Positions 41,878 to 51,145 of a DNA stretch of 64,000 nucleotides are shown here, piece by piece; within the stretch, counting starts at the first letter, position 1; each line of letters starts with the position of its first letter. The notes under the pieces are model-generated. The model searched no databases and had not been told where the DNA came from. It worked only from the letters and a program-made list of their open reading frames with translations. The translations under genes and the position numbers were made by a program. Source of the DNA: Macrostomum lignano (taxonomy: Eukaryota); contig NIVC01002061.1 of NCBI GenBank assembly GCA_002269645.1, positions 77,838 to 141,837 on the forward strand, in the 5' to 3' direction.

Positions 41878-43668
41878 AGAGTTCTGAAAGATCTAGCGCT
41901 CACAAAAACGCTGGCAGAATAGAAGGCTGATTCCACAGCTATAGATGGGCTATGGCCTCTAATAGACAAAATTTGCCACTGTTTGTCTATCAATCTGTCA
42001 ATCAAGAGCAACATCGCATGAGTAGCCAACTGTTAAATTGAGTTCATCTTATGATTTGCCACAACTTTAGGTAATCCGTTTAAAATATTTTCCAAAACAA
42101 TCTGGTATTTCGTTTCTTAGATCTCCCAGATCGAGCTTTCACTGTTGTCCATTTGAGTTTTCCCTTTTTTCATTGAAATTGCAACTTGTCCCCGAATAAT
42201 TTTATAAGAAACTCCAAGAGAGCGCTTGCGACTGCTGCTCTCTAATTCTTGAAGAGGCTGTTGTCCTTCTTTTGTGAATGCTAGCGACTACTGGTTGTCA
42301 GGTCTGAGACTGACATTAGCGGCAAATCCTGTGATTCTGAGAAGACACCTGGCGCATCCCTTCTTTTGTTGCAATTCAAAATATCCCGTTCTTTGGACTA
42401 CTCTTGTACCCAGGCAAAGCGTTTAACAACTAGCAGAGATCACCTTAGGTAGCAACTCGGTATTCGCTAATACTAATTGTCGCAGGTGAAAAATAAAAGT
42501 GTAAAGATGAGTGTCTTCTGGCTGGACTCCTGACCCGGTTGTTCGGTGGCTTAGGCCTGGGTGAAATCAATAATATACGATATTTGTGCCAAGCTATCAG
42601 TACAGCTCCAAAGCTACTTTGCAATGCAATCAGGCGAACGGGATGGTTAAACATGGTTCTCCTGCATCCAAGCAATTAAGTTGCAGTCAAGGCTGTTGAG
42701 ATATTCTGCGACTTCTTTTAGAAATATTGTATTTCCACGTTTCCACTGATTCCAAGGAAATTCTTGCAAGCACAACTAACACAGGCCTTCGATTTGCAGA
42801 GCCTTGCAGCCTTGCAGCTGAAGTCAAATACGTATTTGAGCTTCAATTCAGCTAAAAACTTGTCACCCAAGCTGATATTCAGGACCTTCGACACGTTGTA
42901 GAAAACTTGAGAATCTGCGTAGGAAGTTGGCTCATTTTGCCACAAACTTAAAAAACCCCACTAACCTCAAATGCTAGTGACATTACATGCTGGTGGTGAC
43001 CTAATTAAAGCTCTTCTGCTGTTCATTGTGGTCATGATTGAAGGTTAAAGAAGGCCATGTTAAAGAATTTCGGTCACACGAGACATGGCATCAAGGCAGC
43101 TGGAAGGTAAGCGGGCTCCTGCTGGCTGACCGAGTTTCTGCTGACCCAGGTGATCCTCTGAAATTCACGATCTCAGTTAACCAATTCATTAGGAATAGAG
43201 GGTGGCCCGGCGTTCTGAAAATACCTCGAGGGGGTTGCTTTCATAAACGCAAAACTTCACAACCGCTAAATCACTACTTCCATAAGCGCTGAATTTCATA
43301 AACACGAAACAGTTTCTGCTGCGTGGTAAAACTTCATGTTAATGAAACTTAGTTTTCTGCAAGAGGCTGAAAATCAATTATTCGGATTTATAAAACTACG
43401 GTCTATAAAAGCTATGAAGTGTTGGTGGTTTGAACGATTGAAGATCCAAGTCGAAGTTCCCGTCTCTCAAATGAACGCACTGTTGCACTGTACTTGTACG
43501 GAACTAAATAAACAGAATACGACAAAACAGGCGGCCAATTAAGTCTCTTTGAAATATTTACCAATTTTATAACCCATAGAATTTGATCCCTGTAGCACTG
43601 TTTATTCGGCAACAAACTATACTTTTTGAACATTCCCCGTTTCTTCACACCCACCCTTTTATCGTTAC

Positions 43669-43939
43669 TGTTGGAAATGACAAGCTAAGGCGAGCAATTG
43701 CTATGAGACGAGAATACGATAGCTCTGAGCCAATGCTCCGTGCGAAACTATTTATTATCAACGATAAAGCACGAACCCGCGACAACCCCCCAACCCAGGA
43801 CTAAAACTCACCGCACTGCACATTAGAGCACGATGACAATAATAACTTGATACGTACACTCAGACTGAACAAAAGTACAAGCACCAGTGAAATAAGCAAT
43901 CAAATAATAAACAGTGCGAAGCCCCGCCCAAGCCTAACA
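43669..43939 (-). repeat. 3' LTR
   Basis: TGTTGGAAATG...CCTAACA; preceded on the minus strand by purine-rich GTGGGGAGCAG (PPT candidate, 43940-43950). Confidence 0.97.
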
Positions 43940-44008
43940 CTGCTCCCCACAAAAAGCAGACAAAATTCAAAGACAGTCACTTGAAATCCCCACAGTCAAT
44001 TTCACTCA

Positions 44009-45480
44009 TCAGTCCTTGTAGCAAACAGGCTGCCGAGGGCGAAACTCGTACGGCTCCCGGTGGCAAATGTTTCCGGGCTCCTGGCGCTCCAGGTCGAGCC
44101 GCGGGTCGTCTTCCATGGCAACCACCGGGTCAGTCAGCGCACCATCGGGTTCAGGTGTCTCAAGCCGCTTAGGAGAGTCCGGCCGGCCGGTCCACTGATT
44201 TGAGAGCGCCAGCCGCAGGCCACCGCCAGGCTGATTGGCCGGAGTGACAAGCGCCGTGTTCAGGCCGTGCTGCACCACGAACTTGGCTGGCACCGGAGGA
44301 GTTCCAGGTCGCATCCTCAGCCAGATTGGATCGCCAGCTTGCTCCGTCATTGTCAGCGGGTGTCGAAGCCGACGGCCCCACATGAGGATGTCTGGAGAGG
44401 CTGCGCGATTGCCGCTTGGCCGGCTGGTCCTTATCGTCAGCAACAGCTTTTGCAGAAAATGGTCGAACGGCACCACCTTAGTCCACGCTCTGAGACCATC
44501 CTTAATGATTCGCACCAGTCTCTCAGCTTGACCATTCGAGGCGGGATGATACGGCGGGGTGTGCAGTTCACGACAACCAATGCTGCGCAGCCACTGCGAG
44601 ACCTTCTCCGACTTAAACTCCGGCGCATTGTCCGACACCAGCGTCTGAGGCACTCCATTCCTCGCAAAAACCGCTCTTAGAACACGCAGTACACTTTCTG
44701 CAGATCGATCAGGCACCTGAATCGCCTCAGGCCACCCTGAATAGGAGTCGGACAACAGCAGGAGCAGCCCAGCACCAGAGATCTCACAGTGGTCCATGTG
44801 AACTCGCGCCCATGGCTCACTCTCGGCTGGCCAGATGTCGATTTTCCGCTGAAGCACCGGTCGAGTTTCTGAGCACTGCCGACAGCGCTCTACAAAAGTC
44901 CGCACCTCGCGATCCAGGCCAGGCCACCAGAATTCCTTGGAGATGTGCGCCTTGGTGTTGTCAGCACTCGGGTGTACTTCGTCATGGGCCGCCTCCAGGA
45001 TGCGCCTGCGGAGAATGGGTGGCGGCACAATTCTGGTTCCATGGATCACCAGGCCATCTTCGACTGACAGAGCCTCACGACACGCCTTGTACGGTCTCTC
45101 CACCTGCGACACCTGGCCCCACCTGCCGGTTCTGATTCTCTGCCGGAGCCGTGTCAACAGCGAACACCTCCGAGTTCCTTCACGTAACTCTTGCAAGGTC
45201 ACCAGAGCCCCTTCAGTGACGACCTCAGACTCCAGCTGGTGAATTAAATCATTCTGTGCATCTTGCTCGGCAAAGCTCAAGCGTGACAAAGCATCAGCAT
45301 CCGTCATCAGCCTCCCAGGCACGTACTCGACCACGTAATCGAAAGCCGACAGTCTCAAAGCCCAGCGCATTAGTCTTGCTGACACCGTTTTGGGGAGGTT
45401 TTTGCTCGGATTGAAAATATACTTTAGCGGCTCATGGTCGGTCTGGAGAGTAAACCTCTTGCCTAGCAGCATCTTGCAGA
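44009..45480 (-). pseudogene. Gypsy RNase H C-terminal remnant plus integrase (out of frame with RT)
   Basis: LLGKRFTLQTDHEPL...RLMRWALRL (RNase H tail); HHCC zinc finger (H..VH...WWPGL...C..C); DDE core VHMDH / VSDNAPEF / QAERLV. Confidence 0.92.
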
Positions 45481-47589
45481 ACTCCACTCGAACACCCCGT
45501 CCGCCCGGCGAAGTTCCTGCAAAGGCCGGCACTTCTCAGCAAAATTGGGGACCAACCGACCGTAAAACTGGGCCAGTCCCAGAAACCGCTCGAGGTCCTT
45601 CTTGTTCTTTGGAGCTTCCACATCCTGAATCCGCTGAACCATGCCAGGATCTGGCTTGATCCCTTCCTCATCTATTATGTGGCCAAGAAACTTCAAACTG
45701 GGTGCTTCCATGATGCACTTTGCTTCATTGACTTTAACATTTGCCGCTCTCAGCTTGTCGAGTATTCCTGTGCGAATGTTCTCCAGCTCTGCCTTCGTCA
45801 CCGCGCCCATGAGGACGTCATCTTGGTACACAATGACACCTGGATGTTCGCCTAGCAGCTTCTCTATCTCACGCTGGAACACAGACGGAGAGACTTTGAT
45901 GCCGTACGGCAGCCTATTGAAGCGATAACAGCCAAATGGAGTGTTGATGGTGGTGATGTCTTTAGACTCACTGTCCAGCGGTATTTGATAATAGGCATCA
46001 GAAAGGTCAAGACGGCAAAACAGCTTGTTGTTGGCCATCTTGGAAAACGCTGTCTCTATTGATGGAGTCAGGTATGTCTGATCCTGCACCCACTGATTGA
46101 TTGCTGTGTAGTCTCCGCAAATCCTCACTGACGTCTTGTCTGACTTAACCGTCACCACAATCGGGCTGCCCCACTCCGACGATGTCACTCTCTCGACTAT
46201 TCCCGCCTTCTCCATCAAGTCCAGCTCCTTTTTTACTAACGGACGCAGCGCCGATGGCAGCTCTCTGGCTGGCTGGAAGATCGGCCCGGCTCCTGTCTTC
46301 AACCGAATCTCTCCGACTGCTCCCTTAATACCCAGTAAGCTCTCATACCTGTTGCTGCTGGGTGCCTTGGCCTCATCAGAATGGTGAGCTGGCGGCGAGT
46401 TGAGCAAATCCCGGCCTAGCAGTCCAAACTTTTGCTGGCAGTCGATGACAGGCAACTCAGCGGCAATGAAGTGACCGTCCGTGCCGTCAGTCTCCACCAG
46501 GCACTCCAGGATGCCGAGCTGCTTCATCACATGACCGTCGTAGGCCAGCATCCGGGACTTCGCCGATTTCAGTGGCGGTCTGCCAAGATCTTCCCAGATC
46601 TTTCTTGATATCAGCGAGCACGCCGCACCGCTATCCTTCTCCATCTTCACCTGCTTGTCGTTGATCTTGACCATGCAGAAAGCAGCCGGGGTGCCCTCAC
46701 CGCAGTGGAAGACGGGCTCATAACTGGTAGAATCTGCAGACATTGCTTTTTCTGCGGCGAAGTGAGTTTTGGCGCTCCTGCAGACTCGGGCGAAGTGTCC
46801 GAGTTTTCCGCACTGACGACAGGTGGCTTTCAGCGCCCAGCAGTCAGTTGGCTTGCGATGAGACTTCTGGCCGCAGCGCTGGCAGATCTGGCTTCCACTC
46901 AAATTCGGTCTCGACTTCTCCACCGCATTGACACCGGCCGCGTCTTCGAGGTCCCGGCGTGGCGCATCGTGGCTAGGCGCCGTCTGGTGCACCACTGAAC
47001 CAACTTGAGCCTGGCCTAACGCAGTCAGCGGCCCAGTCAAGAAGGTGCTCACCATCTGTAGCTGCTGCACATAGTCTGAAATCTGGTCCACCGAAAGCTC
47101 CGACGAAACCTCACGTTCGAGCACTTTGCTTCTGATGTCCTGATTGCTGAGGCCAGCAATCAGTCGCATTTTGATCAGCTGCTCTGCTGGGTTCGCACCC
47201 TCGTCCTTTAGCTTCTCGAACTCACACACCACTGCCTGTTCTCGAAGACGGGCAGCGAAGCCGGTGATGCTCTCACCCTCGCCCTGGCGCATGGACATGA
47301 AGGCCGCCCGCACCGAAATTAGCAGCCTTTTCTGGGGTTCCAGAAATCGAACCAGGCACGCTTTGATGTCGGCCCACTTCATCTTAGAAAGCTGGCTCGG
47401 TGCCACCAGCTGCTTCACTTTGATTAGCTGAGCCACGCCCAGACAGCCCAGAAAAGCGTCTGTCAGTGCCAGGTTTCCGTCGGTGTCCTGCACTCCTTTT
47501 GACCTCGCTTGAGCATCGAAGACTTCGACCCGTGCCCACAGCTCTTCAATACTTTCCAGTGGCAGTGGGTCTCGTAGCTTGATAGACAT
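45463..47589 (-). CDS. Gypsy gag-protease-RT polyprotein (ATG at 47589), terminates prematurely after the RT thumb
   Basis: Two CCHC knuckles (CQRC..SH, CRQCGKLGHFARVC), protease DSG (MEKDSGAACS), RT LDLSDAYYQ / RLPYGI / YQDD, then FEWS followed by a frameshift stop. Confidence 0.93.
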   Translation of the reverse strand: MSIKLRDPLPLESIEELWARVEVFDAQARSKGVQDTDGNLALTDAFLGCLGVAQLIKVKQLVAPSQLSKMKWADIKACLVRFLEPQKRLLISVRAAFMSMRQGEGESITGFAARLREQAVVCEFEKLKDEGANPAEQLIKMRLIAGLSNQDIRSKVLEREVSSELSVDQISDYVQQLQMVSTFLTGPLTALGQAQVGSVVHQTAPSHDAPRRDLEDAAGVNAVEKSRPNLSGSQICQRCGQKSHRKPTDCWALKATCRQCGKLGHFARVCRSAKTHFAAEKAMSADSTSYEPVFHCGEGTPAAFCMVKINDKQVKMEKDSGAACSLISRKIWEDLGRPPLKSAKSRMLAYDGHVMKQLGILECLVETDGTDGHFIAAELPVIDCQQKFGLLGRDLLNSPPAHHSDEAKAPSSNRYESLLGIKGAVGEIRLKTGAGPIFQPARELPSALRPLVKKELDLMEKAGIVERVTSSEWGSPIVVTVKSDKTSVRICGDYTAINQWVQDQTYLTPSIETAFSKMANNKLFCRLDLSDAYYQIPLDSESKDITTINTPFGCYRFNRLPYGIKVSPSVFQREIEKLLGEHPGVIVYQDDVLMGAVTKAELENIRTGILDKLRAANVKVNEAKCIMEAPSLKFLGHIIDEEGIKPDPGMVQRIQDVEAPKNKKDLERFLGLAQFYGRLVPNFAEKCRPLQELRRADGVFEWSSARCC

Positions 47590-47596
47590 GCATGCA

Positions 47597-47614
47597 ATCC
47601 TGCTTGCGACGCCA
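47597..47614 (-). promoter_or_regulatory. Primer binding site, probably tRNA-Ser
   Basis: TGGCGTCGCAAGCAGGAT 3 nt after the 5' LTR; complement ATCCTGCTTGCGACGCCA has T-stem CCTGC, 7-nt acceptor strand, G discriminator and CCA. tRNA identity is inference. Confidence 0.75.
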
Positions 47615-47617
47615 AAA

Positions 47618-47888
47618 TGTTGGAAATGACAAGCTAAGGCGAGCAATTGCTATGAGACGAGAATACGATAGCTCTGAGCCAATGCTCCGTGCGAAACTAT
47701 TTATTATTAACGATAAAGCACGAACCCGCGACAACCCCCCAACCCAGGACTAAAACTCACCGCACTGCACATCAGAGCACGATGACAATAATAACTTGAT
47801 ACGTACACTCAGACTGAACAAAAGTACAAGCACCAGTGAAATAAGCAATCAAATAATAAACAGTGCGAAGCCCCGCCCAAGCCTAACA
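47618..47888 (-). repeat. 5' LTR
   Basis: 271 bp, differs from the 3' LTR at two C/T sites (TATCAAC/TATTAAC, CATTAG/CATCAG). Confidence 0.97.
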
Positions 47889-48549
47889 GTTACCTTCACC
47901 CTAGCCTGAACGGCATCCGTTTCCTGTGCCACCACTTTCTGAACTTGCTGTAACTTCCCTTGGCTTCAATCTCCTGATGCGTCTTGTCTGGACTGATCCT
48001 CCGTGACTGCAGCGCCGCCACAACTATCCGACGACCACAGTGTCAAACAGCCCTGCCAGTCGGCCGCCTCTGTAAGATATTTCTTTCTCTGTTGCGTCGC
48101 CCTTGAGTTTTGTCAGCCCGGTCTCAATCTCTACCCCAATTGCTTATCATTTCCTAACTTTTCAATCTTAACGTACTAATTCCGGCTTAATAATTAACTG
48201 AGCGTTTAAGGCGAAAATTAGGGCCAGTAATTATCTGATAAGGGCATTAGATATTCAACTCGTTTGCTTCTTTCTATGTACTTATTTAATATGAGACATG
48301 GTATGAAATTCGAGTAGTGAGTGGATGGAATTAAAGCTTAAGATCAGAATGGAAGATCACCGAGTATGAGCCTAATTTAACCAAACACGAGCAATCATAT
48401 AGTTTTAGCGGCTTGCGAAAAACTAAGTAAGTTGCAAGCGAGAAAAGTGAAAGTTTATTTGCGTTATGCGTCGGGTATAAATAAGCACGCGATCACATGG
48501 AGAGGTGCGCCAAAAGGCGGCACGATTGAAAGCCAACCCTCCCCCGACC

Positions 48550-49595
48550 TAGCACATTGACTGTCCCAGTACACCAGTTGTCCTAGCTGTCCTAGCTTGG
48601 CGGGCAGAGGGCTTCAGTGCAGGTGTACTCGCAATCGCTGGCTACGTGCTGATTGGGCCGCCACACAGCTCCCCCCAGCACCGAGCTGTGTCGAAAACCG
48701 TTGGGCGGCACCGGCGAGGCGGCTGCCGGTGGCTGGAAATGCCGGTGGCTGGAAAGAGCGGCAGCGCTTCCTGGGGTTGCTGGCTGTCGGCGGCGGCCGA
48801 CGACGGTGCAGGCCGCTTAGGCGGGCGGCCTCTCGTTCGTACAAATGGCAGCGGGACCGGCTCTCACGAGTCGATGATGGCCGGCTTCAGCCTGTCGATC
48901 GTCACGCGGTGCTGGCGCGTCCCCAGGTCAAGCAAGAAGGTCTTGGCGTCCCGCTTGAGGACCTTAAACGGGCCCTCATGCGGCTTCGATGAACACGAAC
49001 GGGCAGGCATCGAGTGCGGCGGGCCAGGCGGCCCGGCGACAGCCGTGATGCGCCGTACGTGTCGGCCGGAACGCCTGGACGCCTGAACGCCGAAAGAGAA
49101 ACTGGTCGTGGCCTTCGGTCGCCGGGCCGGGCTGCAGGCACTCGCCGGGCACGCAGAGGGGCGCTCCGTAGACCAGCTCAGCCGATGATGCCGGCAGGTC
49201 CTCCTTGTGGGCCGTCCGGATGCCGAGCAACACCCAGGGCAGCTCGCTAACCCAGGCCGGTCCCACCAGCCGTGCCTTCAGCTGCCAATGGAACCGCTCG
49301 ACCAGCCCTTTCGCCTGCGGGTGGAAGGCCGTAGTCCGGTGCAGCTGCATGCCGAGCTGCCGGGAGACGTTGGATCAGAGCTGCGACGTGAACTCCGAGC
49401 CGCGGTTTGAGGAGAGGTCACCCAGCACGCCGAATCGGGAAGTCAATCTTGCTGCGGCCGAACTCGAACTTCGCCGGGTCGACGATCAGACCTTTGTCCG
49501 CCAGGCGTTGTATTCTAACAGCGTGCGCAGGTGCTCCAGGTGCTTCTGCGGGCTGCGGCTGGCGACTAGGAAATCGTCAATGTAGACACACACAC
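48550..49595 (-). mobile_element. Internally deleted GC-rich Gypsy fragment (RT end fused to integrase core, PPT, partial 3' LTR)
   Basis: CVYIDDFLV...KFEFGRSKIDF joined at about 49438 directly to RFGVLGDLSSNRGSEFTSQL; then HRTTAFHPQAKGLVERFH...GPFKVL...IDRLKPA*; GGGGGGAGC then TGTGTGGCGG at 48667. Confidence 0.9.
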
Positions 49596-50285
49596 TGATA
49601 TTCCGATATATCTCTCTAACTTTGATCCGCACTATTGCAGAAAGCTTTGACTCACCTGAATTGTTGAATTTTGACGTTCATCGAAATCAGAAGCTTTCGG
49701 AACTTTTTTAAAATACAGAAATGCACTTAAGTCTTAATCGACAATGGACGTCTCGGTCATCATTGGCATGAGGCATCAAGAGTGTATTAAACGTACGTAG
49801 ACCTTATTTAGACAATATAGAACCAGGCTGGAAAAGTAAAAAGAAGTTGGCCCTTTGCCCCGTATGAAAATGGGCTGCTTCATTGATTAGTCAGTTTAAT
49901 TCTATACAACGTACGTCTGTGTAAACTTCTTGCAAATATTTGCAATGGTATCATGACTTCAAATGCCACATCTATGCGATCGTTAGCTAGGTGCTTGGTA
50001 ATCCTTTTCATTTAACTGCCCTAGCTGCTTTGAGCTGTGAGCCACTTGTCTGCTATTTATTATTGTTTTTCCATCTTTAATTGTTTTCTTCTGTTTTTAC
50101 AGTAGTTTATTCTTTGCTGTGAATAAATTCGTTCCTCTACAAGGCTCGCTTGCTCGTAGGTTTTGCATCGCCCCACCAAATGCCACGTCTGCTTAGCCCG
50201 TATTTCCCAACTGAATGCATGCAAACAATCTGTACAATTTGAACACACCCCGAACTAAATCCTGACTCCATTTCAGTAACGGAAA

Positions 50286-51110
50286 ATGCAAGCGCAAAGC
50301 TTGCAGTCCAAGGCGCAGATTCGAGAGCTACTGCGCCAGTTCGCCCCGGATCTAGACTCGTCTGAGTGGGCAGGTACTCTCTTTGGGCATCTAAAAAGGC
50401 ATAAGATCAATGAGCTGTCACTGCTGTCTCCCGAGTCCGACTACAGCACTCTCGAAGAGAATGCAGAGACAGAGGAAGAAGCCAGAGCGTTAATTGCTTT
50501 TCTAGAAGCCATGCGTACCAGTGCTGGGGAACGGCAAGCGGGCGCCAGCCAGGTAGATTCTGCAATTCCAAGCGGAAAAACTCCTTCAGCGCCACCGGTG
50601 CAAACAGATTTTATTCACTGGAATCCCCAAGCAAACCAGCCATACTGGCCCACCGGTATGCACGGCTATCACCCAAATATGCCGATGGGCCCGCCGTTTC
50701 ACCAGCCATTTCCAATGGACTGGCAACGTTTCAACTTTCCAGCTCAACAGCCAGCACCTGCAGGAAAAAATGAGGGCGAATCAACTGGACAGCAGGTCCC
50801 TGTGGGTCAGCAGTTCTACCACCTAGGCCACCTAGGGACTATGCGACAGCATGGCCAACCAACTGGACAGCAGGTTCCTGTGGGTCAGCAGTTCTACCAC
50901 CAAGGCCAGCTAGGGACTATGCGACAGCATGGCCAACCAACTGGACCGCAGGTTCCTGCTGTTCCACTTTCTTCCACAATGCCGCTACCATTTTCTGGAC
51001 ATCCAGACAATCATCACTACATGCATCCACAGTTGAACTACTTTGGCCAGCAGCCTTACTTGGAATCGCAGTTCCACGGTCAAATGAATCATCAAATGCA
51101 GCAGAGTCAA

Positions 51111-51145
<35 letters not shown>

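Larger units (their letters stand above)
43669..47888 (-). mobile_element. Young Ty3/Gypsy (Mag-like) LTR retrotransposon, 4220 bp, RNase H core deleted
   Basis: 271-bp LTRs (43669-43939, 47618-47888) with TG...CA ends and 2 differences; 5-bp TSD GTTAC (43664-43668, 47889-47893); PBS; gag-pro-RT and integrase ORFs. Confidence 0.98.

Noticed and set aside
43985-44015. CTGATGAGTGAAA on the minus strand at the end of the integrase (minimal hammerhead?)
   Set aside because: No stem II between CTGATGA and GAAA; overlaps the integrase stop codon.
44169-47431. Many 60-140 aa antisense and alternate-frame ORFs over the Gypsy element (and over the GVIN genes)
   Set aside because: Shadow ORFs of long GC-rich coding sequence.
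50790-50960. Canonical RHIM motif in the GVIN-C repeats
   Set aside because: Core is VPVG, not (I/V)Q(I/V/L)G; kept only as a prion-like analogy.
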